Assembly: GCA_963664875.1 (NCBI GenBank)
Contig: OY761611.1
Coordinates: 864,001 to 928,000 of the forward strand
DNA from: Candidatus Kapaibacterium sp.
Lineage (GTDB): Bacteria > Bacteroidota > Ignavibacteria > Kapaibacteriales > UBA2268
Direction of reading: 5' to 3'
DNA: 64,000 nucleotides
Part shown: piece by piece, positions 31,660 to 41,547 of the stretch
Layout of the letters: the number at the start of each line of letters is the position of its first letter
Position numbering within the stretch: position 1 is the first letter of the stretch
Made by a program: the position numbers and the translations under genes
Notes under the pieces: generated by a model
Seen by the model: the letters and a program-made list of their open reading frames with translations, nothing else
What the model was told of the DNA's origin: nothing
Database searches by the model: none

Positions 31660-32322
31660 ATGAAAATTTTAGCTTTCAATTGTTCTCCAAAACAATTTGA
31701 CAATCTAACTCCTCTAATGATTGAAGCTTTCTTAAAAGGAGCAGAAACCGCCGGAGCCAAGATTGAGCAGGTTAACACCTGCGATTTGGAAATAGGTCCG
31801 TGCAGGGGCTGCACTGACAATATGCTTTTCGAATACAAGCATACTTGCGACTGCAACGATGACATGATTCCATTGTACCCTAAACTCAAAGAAGCAGATG
31901 TTTGGGTATTTGCAACTTCTGTATTCGAAACCGGAGTTCCTAAGGTATTTACTAATGTATTGGATAGGCTGGAACCTCTTTTCCATCCTTTTATACTTAA
32001 CGGAACTATCAAACTTCCTGAAGAAAATGCAGCTAAGTCAGGTAAGATTTTGTTTATGGGCACTTCCAATCTAAAAAATGATTCGGTTTTCTCTGAAGTA
32101 CAAGAACACATTAGTTCTGTTTCTGATATGTTCGGAAAAGAATTTCTGGGGTCTATCACAAGAACAAATGCCCGAGCTATTACTACTTTGGATGAGATGA
32201 AAGATGTACTTGATTCCATTTTAGAAGAATGCAGCAATGCCGGAAGAGATTTAGTAGAATTTGGTCAAATCCAAAACTCTACTTTACAAAATATTGCACA
32301 AAGCATCAAGGTTGCTATCTAA
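31660..32322 (+). CDS. Flavodoxin-fold / iron-sulfur flavoprotein-like protein
   Basis: MKILAFNCSP, FLKGAETAGA, PCRGC...CDCNDDM, EADVWVFAT. Confidence 0.8.
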   Translation: MKILAFNCSPKQFDNLTPLMIEAFLKGAETAGAKIEQVNTCDLEIGPCRGCTDNMLFEYKHTCDCNDDMIPLYPKLKEADVWVFATSVFETGVPKVFTNVLDRLEPLFHPFILNGTIKLPEENAAKSGKILFMGTSNLKNDSVFSEVQEHISSVSDMFGKEFLGSITRTNARAITTLDEMKDVLDSILEECSNAGRDLVEFGQIQNSTLQNIAQSIKVAI

Positions 32323-32340
32323 AAGACGTTAAAAAAAAGT

Positions 32341-32380
32341 AAAAAAGCATAGTAAGTATATCTTTATTTACTATGCTTTT
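32341..32380. terminator. Bidirectional intrinsic terminator
   Basis: AAAAAGCATAGTAA...TTACTATGCTTTTT. Confidence 0.75.
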
Positions 32381-32406
32381 TGCTTTATTACCTACGACTG
32401 TACATT

Positions 32407-34284
32407 TTACTTTTTCAATAAATACTCTACTCTATCAAGCACATCAGCCATAAATTGCTTATCACCTGAAAAGCCTTGTATTTTGAATTTAAGATTGCCC
32501 TCTTTTCCAAAAATTAGTGTCATTGGTAAACCACTTATGCCTGCATTTTTGGGAATAAAAGCAGCTTCATCAGTTAATACAGGAAAATCAACTTCTGCTT
32601 CATTTAGAAAATTGTTCAAATCTGTTTCTTGATCTGTGCGTTCCCAGATATTTACAGAAAGAATTATAATATCGTCGCTTTCTTTATAAACATCATACAA
32701 GTCATTATAAATCGGGAACATTGTCTGACAAGGACCACACCAAGACGACCAAAGTAATGCAACGACTACCGATCCCTTCATATCTGAAAGATCTACAAAT
32801 TTCCCGTCTAAAGTTTTTAAACTTCCGGCATTTATAGTATTATCTAATTCATAGCTACTAAGAGTTTTCATGCGGGTATCTTTGTTTTTCAGTAACAAAT
32901 TGTCAAGATACGTGGCAAACTCAGCATCTGATTTAGAGTTTATAGTAGTATATTTTTCTTTGAATTTTTCTTCTAGTTTATCTGTCAGTATTATATGTGT
33001 AGCTGCTGATTCAAGTACAAGCAATCCTTCATTCATTTTGTTCAGTTCGAATAAAGACAGTGCATATAGCTCATAAAATTGAGCATCATATTGCTGGTTG
33101 CTATCCCATACTCTATCAAAAAATTCTATTGCCTTTGTATAGTTTTGCTCAGCAACGTACGACTTGGCAAGAGTAAAATTATAGCTCAAAGATAAGTTTT
33201 TGATAGCTTTATCTTTTTCTTGCGGTGAGCAGTATTTAGGCATTACCTGATCTGACAATAAATCTGATTCTATTGAAGCAAGTATGCTTCTTGCCTCTGA
33301 AACTCTAACTGCCAAATCTGCTTCTTTATAAGAATTGGGATCTTCAATAAGTCTGCCGGCGATTGCCAGCTTGACTAATGCAGGAACTCCTTCCAAACCG
33401 GAAAAAAGAGTCTTGAGATCTTGGTATTTGCCATTTTGCAGATAAGCTGATATCAAAGCATTAAATATCTTCAATCTTCCGTCAGATTTGGGGAACTGTT
33501 GAAAATATGATTTGGCTATATTAACAAACTCATCTCTTGAAGGTGCATTTGCTAATTTGATTAGCATTTTTTCTTCAGCCAATTTTGACTTCGGATGTTT
33601 AGTTACAAAAATCTGTTCCAACTTATCAGCAGCATCAGATTGGTTAATCATTTTAAAGGCTCTGCTTACTGATTTTACAGTAGCTTCATCATCTTTATCA
33701 AAATCTTTCTTCAAGATAGCTTCTAACTTAGAAGCAAACTCTTTTTGACCTATTTTTTTAATATCAAATAGCAGAGACAGCAAGCCTATCTCTGCCTGTA
33801 GATTATTCGGGTATTTTTTCAATTCTTCTCTGAAATAGCTCTCTGCTGCTGCATAATCAATATCTAAACGACATTGCTCGGGCAGACTTCCCATATAAAA
33901 AAGAGCTACACGTAAGTAATAGTTCTGTGGTATTTGCTGGTTTTGAGTCAAAAACAAAAAGAACTTTCGAAAGTTATTATCTGTTTTACCGTCTTCGGCA
34001 ACAACTTTGGAAATAACATAGTATGGTTTTTGGCTTAATAATAAATCTGCACTATATTTATCGGCATTGCCGGACAAGGTGCTCATAAATAACTCAGGAT
34101 TATCTTCTCCATCAAAAAAGACATAATTATATGCACTCAGATTTGAGCCGGAGTCGAAAAATCCTTTGGAATCATACTCAATTTTGAATCCTGAGTCGCC
34201 TTGAGGTACTAATTTCATATCACCTCCGGCAAAAACTGCCATCGGCAACACTATTGTCATAATTACAAACATTAAATATCGCAT
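32407..34284 (-). CDS. Exported TPR protein with C-terminal TlpA-like redoxin domain
   Basis: Signal peptide, helical TPR-like repeats, WSSWCGPC, SGLPMT cis-Pro loop. Confidence 0.85.
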   Translation of the reverse strand: MRYLMFVIMTIVLPMAVFAGGDMKLVPQGDSGFKIEYDSKGFFDSGSNLSAYNYVFFDGEDNPELFMSTLSGNADKYSADLLLSQKPYYVISKVVAEDGKTDNNFRKFFLFLTQNQQIPQNYYLRVALFYMGSLPEQCRLDIDYAAAESYFREELKKYPNNLQAEIGLLSLLFDIKKIGQKEFASKLEAILKKDFDKDDEATVKSVSRAFKMINQSDAADKLEQIFVTKHPKSKLAEEKMLIKLANAPSRDEFVNIAKSYFQQFPKSDGRLKIFNALISAYLQNGKYQDLKTLFSGLEGVPALVKLAIAGRLIEDPNSYKEADLAVRVSEARSILASIESDLLSDQVMPKYCSPQEKDKAIKNLSLSYNFTLAKSYVAEQNYTKAIEFFDRVWDSNQQYDAQFYELYALSLFELNKMNEGLLVLESAATHIILTDKLEEKFKEKYTTINSKSDAEFATYLDNLLLKNKDTRMKTLSSYELDNTINAGSLKTLDGKFVDLSDMKGSVVVALLWSSWCGPCQTMFPIYNDLYDVYKESDDIIILSVNIWERTDQETDLNNFLNEAEVDFPVLTDEAAFIPKNAGISGLPMTLIFGKEGNLKFKIQGFSGDKQFMADVLDRVEYLLKK

Positions 34285-34307
34285 CGGTACCTCCTATCAC
34301 CATTTAA

Positions 34308-35144
34308 TTACAAATTTTCTAATCTGGAAAGTTCTGAAATAAGAAAATCTACTGCTTCATCAGGTGTATTCGCATAGTGGAATAAATCTAAATCAGATTT
34401 ACTTATCATACCCATATCAAGGAAGTAATCGAAATCTATCAGATTTTGCCAAAACACCTTTGGATATAATAATACGGGCACCGGGCGAGTAAGTTTCTTT
34501 GTTTGTATCAAAGTCAAATTTTCAAACAGTTCATCCATAGTGCCAAAACCACCCGGCATAGCAACCAATGCTTTGGCGAGATTGACAAACCAGAACTTTC
34601 GCATGAAGAAATAATGGAACTCAAAATTAAGCGATGGAGTAATATATTGATTTGGTTCCTGTTCGAAAGGTAGGCTAATATTTAAACCGATTGAGTTACA
34701 ACCCGCTCTTTGAGCACCTTTGTTTGCAGCTTCCATCATGCCGGGGCCACCGCCTGTACAAATATCAAAACGCTTTTCCTGAGGCAAACCAATAGACCAC
34801 TTCCCAAAACGATAAGCAATCTCTTCACATTCATCATAATATTTACTTATTTGTTTTTTCTTCTGATGAAATTCAATCTTCTTTTGTAAAGCTATCTTTT
34901 CGTCTCCGGATGCAATAGCAAGTTGCTCTTGTAGTGATTTATCCATAGCATGCCAGTCGGCTGTAGAAACTGACCTGGCAGAACCATAAAACACAACTAC
35001 GCGGTTCACATTGTGCGAGTTGAAATACTGTTCCGGGTACAAATACTCTGATAAAATTCTAATTGTTCTGCCGTCATGACTGTGCATAAACTCTTTATTG
35101 TCATAAGCTTTATCAGCTTTACCAAGTCTTTTTTCCGTTTCCAT
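34308..35144 (-). CDS. LOG-family (TIGR00730) nucleotide phosphoribohydrolase
   Basis: FYGSAR, TGGGPGMMEAANKG, FFMRK, PGGFGTMDE. Confidence 0.92.
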   Translation of the reverse strand: METEKRLGKADKAYDNKEFMHSHDGRTIRILSEYLYPEQYFNSHNVNRVVVFYGSARSVSTADWHAMDKSLQEQLAIASGDEKIALQKKIEFHQKKKQISKYYDECEEIAYRFGKWSIGLPQEKRFDICTGGGPGMMEAANKGAQRAGCNSIGLNISLPFEQEPNQYITPSLNFEFHYFFMRKFWFVNLAKALVAMPGGFGTMDELFENLTLIQTKKLTRPVPVLLYPKVFWQNLIDFDYFLDMGMISKSDLDLFHYANTPDEAVDFLISELSRLENL

Positions 35145-35170
35145 TTTACATTTTCCTTTCTCTGATTCTA

Positions 35171-35890
35171 TTATATTAAGTTAAAACCACCGTCCACAAT
35201 TATATTTTGTCCGGTAATGTAATCTGTACAATTTGCAAAAAAATCTACAATTTCAAATATATCCTGAGCATTTCCATGCCTTAGCATAGGGATTCGCTCA
35301 GCACTAATATATGGGCTATCTTCATAAGTCGAAGCTTGAGATAAATCAAGCGAACCGGGCGATATGCAATTAACTGAGACACTCGGTGCCATATTTCGAG
35401 CCATTGCTTTTGTTAGAGTAACCAATCCAGATTTTGAGACATTATACTGAATTTTATTATCCCATATTTCTACACCACCCAAAGAGGCTATATTGATTAT
35501 TCTACCTCTTTTATTATTTAATTTCAGCGAAGTATAGTAAGCCTTCGAGATAAAAAAGTGTCCTTTGAGATTAACATCAAAGGCTGTATCCCAATCTTCT
35601 TCTGAAATATCTTCTACTTTCTTTGCCGGAGGGAAAATTCCTGAATTATTTATCAGTACATCAGGCAATCCAAAAAAGTTTTCTGCTTGATTATACGCTT
35701 CTTCTATGCTATTAGTTTCTCTCAAATTGCAATGGATAGCTTTAGTGCCGAGTAGTTTCTTTTCTAACTCTGAGGCAGACAAGACGGAAGTATTATAAAA
35801 AAAGCAGACCTGATGACCCTTTTCATGAAATTTTTCCACTAACGCTGCACCTAATCGTTTAGCCCCACCGGTAATCAGTATTTTTTTCAT
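35171..35890 (-). CDS. Short-chain dehydrogenase, pteridine reductase/FolM-like
   Basis: TGGAKRLG, LINNSG, YNVSK catalytic motif, YITGQ. Confidence 0.88.
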   Translation of the reverse strand: MKKILITGGAKRLGAALVEKFHEKGHQVCFFYNTSVLSASELEKKLLGTKAIHCNLRETNSIEEAYNQAENFFGLPDVLINNSGIFPPAKKVEDISEEDWDTAFDVNLKGHFFISKAYYTSLKLNNKRGRIINIASLGGVEIWDNKIQYNVSKSGLVTLTKAMARNMAPSVSVNCISPGSLDLSQASTYEDSPYISAERIPMLRHGNAQDIFEIVDFFANCTDYITGQNIIVDGGFNLI

Positions 35891-36109
35891 GTATGCTTGA
35901 ATATTTATTATTGTGTAAATTCCAATATAAGAAAAATATGCTTACGTATTAAATATAACATAGTTCATACAGATGCAAAATTATATATCTGTTTTATATC
36001 ATTTGTTTTAAACATTAACTGCAAAATATTGCCTTAAACAGGCGATTTATGTGGAAAACAATTTTTTTAAGCCTATAAATTTTTTGTTTTTTTATTCGGA
36101 ATAAATGCT

Positions 36110-36117
36110 TACTTTTG
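36110..36117 (+). promoter_or_regulatory. Putative -7 promoter element of the tRNA operon
   Basis: TACTTTTG (TAnnTTTG) 36 nt upstream of tRNA-Ala. Confidence 0.5.
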
Positions 36118-36153
36118 AATTCTCTTTTGAGAGCCAACAGCTAAAAGGATTTA

Positions 36154-36226
<73 letters not shown>

Positions 36227-36253
36227 CTCAAAAGAGAAAAAAGTTGATATCAT

Positions 36254-36328
36254 GGAGCTGTAGCTCAGTTTGGTTAGAGCGCCTGCCTGTCACGCAGGAG
36301 GCCGCGAGTTCGAGTCTCGTCAGCTCCG
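36254..36328 (+). tRNA. tRNA-Asp(GTC) copy 1
   Basis: GGAGCTG..CAGCTCC-G; anticodon arm CCTGC-CT-GTC-AC-GCAGG; GTTCGAG. Confidence 0.96.
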
Positions 36329-36360
36329 CTTCTTTGATATATTTTTTGCTTTTTTGTGTT

Positions 36361-36435
36361 GGAGCTGTAGCTCAGTTTGGTTAGAGCGCCTGCCTGTCAC
36401 GCAGGAGGCCGCGAGTTCGAGTCTCGTCAGCTCCG
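36361..36435 (+). tRNA. tRNA-Asp(GTC) copy 2
   Basis: Identical to copy 1. Confidence 0.96.
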
Positions 36436-36467
36436 CTCTTTGATATATTTTTTGCTTTTTTGTGTTT

Positions 36468-36542
36468 GGAGCTGTAGCTCAGTTTGGTTAGAGCGCCTGC
36501 CTGTCACGCAGGAGGCCGCGAGTTCGAGTCTCGTCAGCTCCG
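36468..36542 (+). tRNA. tRNA-Asp(GTC) copy 3
   Basis: Identical to copy 1. Confidence 0.96.
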
Positions 36543-36574
36543 CTCCTTGATATATTTTTTGCTTTTTTGTGTTT

Positions 36575-36649
36575 GGAGCTGTAGCTCAGTTTGGTTAGAG
36601 CGCCTGCCTGTCACGCAGGAGGCCGCGAGTTCGAGTCTCGTCAGCTCCG
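36575..36649 (+). tRNA. tRNA-Asp(GTC) copy 4
   Basis: Identical to copy 1. Confidence 0.96.
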
Positions 36650-36680
36650 CTCCTTGAAATATTTTTTGCTTTTTTGTGTT

Positions 36681-36755
36681 GGAGCTGTAGCTCAGTTTGG
36701 TTAGAGCGCCTGCCTGTCACGCAGGAGGCCGCGAGTTCGAGTCTCGTCAGCTCCG
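36681..36755 (+). tRNA. tRNA-Asp(GTC) copy 5
   Basis: Identical to copy 1. Confidence 0.96.
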
Positions 36756-36775
36756 CTTCAAACAGTAATTTCTTA

Positions 36776-36808
36776 GACATAATTCTTCAGAGTTATGTCT
36801 TTTTTTTT
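36776..36808 (+). terminator. tRNA operon terminator
   Basis: AGACATAATTCT..AGAGTTATGTCT followed by a long T-run. Confidence 0.8.
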
Positions 36809-36905
36809 ATCTGATTTGCTTTTTTACTCTAGGTATATAAATCTTTTATTGGCACTGCTTACATTTAAATCCGTATTGCAGCTAAAGAAATACTCCAATG
36901 GATAA

Positions 36906-38783
36906 TTATATATAAATATATGCCCCAATTGAAATTTCTCTTCCGAGCAGCGGTAGATTGTTTATTCCGGGGATGCTTTTATCAAATAAATTTTTGACTG
37001 TAATTTTACCTTTCATGTTCTTAATTATGGATATTTCTGCTGCAGCGTGGTGTAGCATTATGCTGCTTAGATTGTTATAATTCGAAAAGTAGTCAAAACT
37101 ATAGGATAAACCAACATAGCTTAAAGGTAGGATTGTTAAAGTAGATTTAAACATATCTTTGGGTACAAAGCTTTCTATTGTCTCTTTGTATTCTTTAGTC
37201 ATGTCTTGAGATTCTATAATCATCGAATAAGAAGAAGAAATACCGAAGTATTTGTGTTCATAATCAAATTCAAACTCAATACCTTGCAGATTTACTTCGC
37301 CATTGTTTACATAAACAGTCTGAAATAAAGATTTGTATAATGGAAAGATGTAGTTTTTGAAACTATTTGCAAAATAGTTTGCTCCTATGCTAAAATATTC
37401 GGGCTGATACCTCACCCCTACTTCATAATATTGTTTCTCTTCAGGTTCCAACGCTAATAATACCTGAATCGAATCGGAAAAGACACTCTCATATTCGTTG
37501 ATATATGGGATGCGTACTCCTCTTCCAAGGCTTGCCGATAGGCTTAGATTTTGCTTCAAATCAAATTGTATTCCAAAATCGTACGTTACATGATTTGTCT
37601 TGCCCGGAGTTCTTTTAGTGGCTATCCGCATGGGGTTATTAATCAAAAAACCTAAACTATAGATAAAACTAATACTGTTTTTTATAAGATAACTTTGCTT
37701 TGCATTGAATTGTAAACGCTCTGTTTCATTTTTGTCTTTTTCAGAATCAATTTTATTTCTGACATCCGTAATATCTTTTCTATAGTTCAAGCTAACATAG
37801 ACCGGGGGTAATACTGTATTGAATATGATATAGTCTGTCTCAATTCCGTAAGAGTATGATTTTATATTTCGGATTCCAAAAAGTTCTTTAACTAAAAACT
37901 GCATCTCTTTGTCGTAATAGAAATTCAAACTTTTGTTTTCAGTGTTGAAGTAGATGTTTCCCTCAAGATAGATATTATCTAACAAATAAGTTTCATAGCT
38001 TAGTTTAGAAAACAAACGATTGTCGTTTGGAATTTTTCCGAAGTATTCTGAATAACTATCTACGGGCAAATTTCTTTTACTATTGGAGAGTGCCATCAGA
38101 AAACCAAGTCTGGAGTATTTGTTTTCGAATCCGAAATCCAAAATCGCACCATTTGTACTCGCAGTCGAATTATTAAGAGTATATCTGTCTCTAAGCGAGT
38201 CTTTTGATAAGGGGTAGTCAGGACGGGCATTGAAAATCAATCCGGCATTCCAGTAGAATTCCCCAAGTTTACCGCCTGTATTTAGCAAGCCGAAACCATT
38301 ACTATTCCCACCGCTTATAAGTGCCTGAAGTGCAAATTTATTTTCTGTCTCAGGTAAGATTAGATTTATTTCCGAACCTGTATTAGAAAAAGACTTTTTA
38401 TTTGAAGAACTATAATCTATATACATCACATCAAATAGCCCTAAACCAAGTAATTCATTAGGGATTGTGCCATTGTAAGGACTATTGAGCACAACGTTAT
38501 CCAAGAATACATTAGTTCTTTTATTACTTATTCCTCTTATTGAGTATTCGAATGTGTTGTATTCAGAAATATATGAATAGACAGACGGCAGCCGCTGCAA
38601 TCTGTCAATAATTGTATTGCTCGAATTTACAGTAATGAGTGAATCTATCTTTTTGTGATTGCTTGATGACATATCATAAAAATCGTCAAAGACATCTATT
38701 TTCACATCAAGCTGTGCACTTAAACGAATAACAGAGCAACAAAGCACTGCGAATAGACTCAATATGTATTTCAGTTTACTCAT
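36906..38783 (-). CDS. TonB-dependent outer-membrane receptor (divergent)
   Basis: Signal peptide; plug motifs LQRLPSV and SIRG; LEPE, KNLFDK, and C-terminal GREISIGAYIYI. Confidence 0.8.
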   Translation of the reverse strand: MSKLKYILSLFAVLCCSVIRLSAQLDVKIDVFDDFYDMSSSNHKKIDSLITVNSSNTIIDRLQRLPSVYSYISEYNTFEYSIRGISNKRTNVFLDNVVLNSPYNGTIPNELLGLGLFDVMYIDYSSSNKKSFSNTGSEINLILPETENKFALQALISGGNSNGFGLLNTGGKLGEFYWNAGLIFNARPDYPLSKDSLRDRYTLNNSTASTNGAILDFGFENKYSRLGFLMALSNSKRNLPVDSYSEYFGKIPNDNRLFSKLSYETYLLDNIYLEGNIYFNTENKSLNFYYDKEMQFLVKELFGIRNIKSYSYGIETDYIIFNTVLPPVYVSLNYRKDITDVRNKIDSEKDKNETERLQFNAKQSYLIKNSISFIYSLGFLINNPMRIATKRTPGKTNHVTYDFGIQFDLKQNLSLSASLGRGVRIPYINEYESVFSDSIQVLLALEPEEKQYYEVGVRYQPEYFSIGANYFANSFKNYIFPLYKSLFQTVYVNNGEVNLQGIEFEFDYEHKYFGISSSYSMIIESQDMTKEYKETIESFVPKDMFKSTLTILPLSYVGLSYSFDYFSNYNNLSSIMLHHAAAEISIIKNMKGKITVKNLFDKSIPGINNLPLLGREISIGAYIYI

Positions 38784-38926
38784 AACTACAAAATAATAAA
38801 TTTTTTGCCTTTACGAATACTCCTTATTATCATTTAGATAAAAACTTACTAAATTGAATCATATTATATGCATCATATTGTGCCCATAGCTAATCTAATC
38901 CTTCATGGCTATAAGACAGTACAAAA

Positions 38927-38980
38927 AAAAGCTTGCAAAACTATAAAAATGTTTTAACCATTTTTGTTTATGCAAGCCTT
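38927..38980 (-). terminator. Probable terminator after the ABC permease genes
   Basis: GCTTGCA...TGCAAGC arms next to an A-run (T-run on the minus strand). Confidence 0.5.
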
Positions 38981-39045
38981 TAATATTTTATATTTTTTGA
39001 TTTAGATAATCTGACTTTTGTTTCTTACTTTTTTGATGATGATAT

Positions 39046-40275
39046 CTATTCGTATCTAAGTGCATCTATAGGATCTAATTTTGCAGCTTTAAATGCAGGA
39101 TAAACACCAAACACAACACCAAGTAATGTACAAATAGCAACAGAAAATACTATCCATAAAACCGGTATTGTGAGATCCATTCCCATCATCGAACCAAAAA
39201 CATTACCGACAACAACTCCGAGAACAATGCCTATAAAACCACCCAACTGAGCAAGGGTAACGGTTTCTATAAGAAATTGGATAACAATATTAAAGCTTTT
39301 CGCTCCGACTGCTTTTCTGATGCCGATTTCTTTTGTTCTTTCTTTAACAGAAATAAGCATTATGTTCATAATCCCAACACCTGCTGCAAGAAGAGAAATA
39401 CCTCCGGTAACCCAACCAAAGATACTTAAATAACCTGTAAGCGAGCCAAATTGTTCTCCCATAGCCTCATTTGATTCAATTTCAAAATCATTTTCTTCCC
39501 ATGGCTTAACATTTCTGATTGAACGCATTATTCCAATAGCTTCATCCATAGTTTCATCTATTTGATTTTTGGAAGGTGCCCTAAGTTGAATAGTTAAGGA
39601 TTCGTCCCACCAAGAAGCATAATATTTCAGAAATTGAGTTACAGGAATAATTGCTCGGTTGTCCTGGCTCTGCCCCATCATGGCGCCTTTAGCCTCAAGC
39701 AGCCCAATCACAGTAAACCTCTGTTTGTCGATTGTAATTTCTTTACCAATTACATTTCCTTCCGGAAAGAGTTTCACTTTAATATCGTTGCCAATAACTA
39801 CAACATTGCGTTTAAATCTAATATCGTCAGCAGAAAATTGCCTTCCGGCAACAAGATTATCGCTCATTATAGTAAAATAGTTTTCGTCAACTCCCATAAG
39901 GGAAACATCCGGGTTTGTTTCTTTATTGCCGGATTTTAAGACTTTTCCGGCACCTACAGAAAAAGCAGACATAATTTTGCTTAGTCGCATTGTTTCTTTG
40001 AAATCCTGGAACTGCTTGTAAGTAATTGCTTTTCTTCTGCTATATTTTCTCCATTCATCTCCAAAATGCATTGCCGGAGTTCTTTGAATAAAAATAGAAG
40101 TTTCACCTAATTGCTCTAACTGAGTATCTACAGTACTATTAAGAGATTCTATAAGCGAACCTACTGCCATCAGCGAGAAAACACCTATGGCAATACTCAA
40201 AAGAGTCAAAGAAGAGCGTAGTTTATTTTCTTTGACAGCATGCAATGCCATCAATATGCTTTGTAATACGTTCAT
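39046..40275 (-). CDS. MacB/FtsX-family ABC permease
   Basis: NKLRSSLTLL, GIMNIMLISVKERTKEIGIRKAVGA, AAKLDPIDALRYE. Confidence 0.93.
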   Translation of the reverse strand: MNVLQSILMALHAVKENKLRSSLTLLSIAIGVFSLMAVGSLIESLNSTVDTQLEQLGETSIFIQRTPAMHFGDEWRKYSRRKAITYKQFQDFKETMRLSKIMSAFSVGAGKVLKSGNKETNPDVSLMGVDENYFTIMSDNLVAGRQFSADDIRFKRNVVVIGNDIKVKLFPEGNVIGKEITIDKQRFTVIGLLEAKGAMMGQSQDNRAIIPVTQFLKYYASWWDESLTIQLRAPSKNQIDETMDEAIGIMRSIRNVKPWEENDFEIESNEAMGEQFGSLTGYLSIFGWVTGGISLLAAGVGIMNIMLISVKERTKEIGIRKAVGAKSFNIVIQFLIETVTLAQLGGFIGIVLGVVVGNVFGSMMGMDLTIPVLWIVFSVAICTLLGVVFGVYPAFKAAKLDPIDALRYE

Positions 40276-41532
40276 TTATTCGCTCCTCATTGCATCTACC
40301 GGATCTAATTTAGCTGCTCTGACTGCCGGTATCAATCCTGCTAACATACCAACAACAACAGACACCAATGTAGCCCAGAACAATAAATTGTAAGGTAAAG
40401 TTTTAGATAAAAATCCAAGTTTATCGCTGATTAGTTCAGGAAGATAGACTGCTGCAAAGTAGGCTATCACAGAACAAATAACGAAAGAAAGTATGGCTCC
40501 CATAAAACAGAGCAATGCGGATTCCATAATAAACTGCCATGCGATAGATGCCCTTTTTGCTCCTAAAGCTTTTCTAATTCCTATTTCTTTTGTACGCTCG
40601 ACTACAGAAACAAACATAATATTCATAATTCCTATAATCCCTACAACAAAAGACAATACTGTCAAGCCAATCCCAACCGACCATACTATTGTTCTCAATG
40701 AGGCAACCTGCTTTTCGAAAGCCTTTGTTTCATTTATAGAAAAGTCGTCGTCTTGATGAGGTTTCAAATCTCTGATACTCCTCATCACACCCCGAACTTC
40801 GTCGCGAACTGCATCTAAATTATCTACAGAACCGGCTTTAACACCAATTGAGATAGATCTGTCAAAATTTCCAAAAGTCTTCAAAAAGGCATTCATCGGA
40901 ATAAATACCTGATTGTCTATAAAATCAAAAAACATATTTCCTTGCTTTTTAATTACTCCAATCACTCTAAATTTATGACCATTGAGCTTAACAATAGTAC
41001 CTTCAGGATTTTTACCTTCAAAAATCTTTTCATAAATATTGTAACCGACAACTACAACGTTTGCTCCCTGCAAATCCTCAAATTGCGAGAAATGGCGACC
41101 TACAGTAATTTCACCTGCAGGGGAAAGAGATTGCTCATAGGTTGTGCCTAATATAGGAAAACCGGAATAATTCTCTCCTTCGTACACCATAGAGGCTCCC
41201 CACCGACGTGCAGTCGGGAAAATCAATTCTGCGTTTTTGACTTTAGCAGTAAATTCGTTGACTTGTTCGATAGTTATATTTTTTCTCTGTCTTATCTCAT
41301 CCCAATTCTTTCCGCCAGCCCAGTCAAATTTATCAATATATAGGACATCGGCTCCCATAATATTAAAAGTATCCTGCATAGCGGAATCTAAGCCGTCCAA
41401 AATCCAGCCCATAATAATCACAAACGAAATACCAATCAATACTCCTAAAGAAGCAAGAAAGGAACGCATTTTGCTTGCGAGCATCGCTTCTAATGATATT
41501 TTGAAGGCTTCGGATATTTCAGCAATTTTCAT
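40276..41532 (-). CDS. MacB/FtsX-family ABC permease
   Basis: GIMNIMFVSVVERTKEIGIRKALGA, AAKLDPVDAMRSE. Confidence 0.93.
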   Translation of the reverse strand: MKIAEISEAFKISLEAMLASKMRSFLASLGVLIGISFVIIMGWILDGLDSAMQDTFNIMGADVLYIDKFDWAGGKNWDEIRQRKNITIEQVNEFTAKVKNAELIFPTARRWGASMVYEGENYSGFPILGTTYEQSLSPAGEITVGRHFSQFEDLQGANVVVVGYNIYEKIFEGKNPEGTIVKLNGHKFRVIGVIKKQGNMFFDFIDNQVFIPMNAFLKTFGNFDRSISIGVKAGSVDNLDAVRDEVRGVMRSIRDLKPHQDDDFSINETKAFEKQVASLRTIVWSVGIGLTVLSFVVGIIGIMNIMFVSVVERTKEIGIRKALGAKRASIAWQFIMESALLCFMGAILSFVICSVIAYFAAVYLPELISDKLGFLSKTLPYNLLFWATLVSVVVGMLAGLIPAVRAAKLDPVDAMRSE

Positions 41533-41547
41533 ATTTTTCCTGATTGA

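Noticed and set aside
31644-32237. 197-aa antisense ORF and the many other 60-155 aa ORFs nested in or opposite real genes
   Set aside because: Shadow frames of well-supported CDSs, Ser/Ile/Phe-rich, with no motifs or RBS.
36254-36755. CRISPR array (regular repeat-spacer pattern with 31-32 nt spacers)
   Set aside because: The repeats are complete 75-nt tRNA-Asp cloverleaves, the spacers are nearly identical to each other, and no cas genes are present.
38784-39045. Cobalamin or TPP riboswitch, or Fur box, upstream of the TonB receptor
   Set aside because: No riboswitch core motifs are visible; only a half Fur-like AATGATAAT in very AT-rich DNA.
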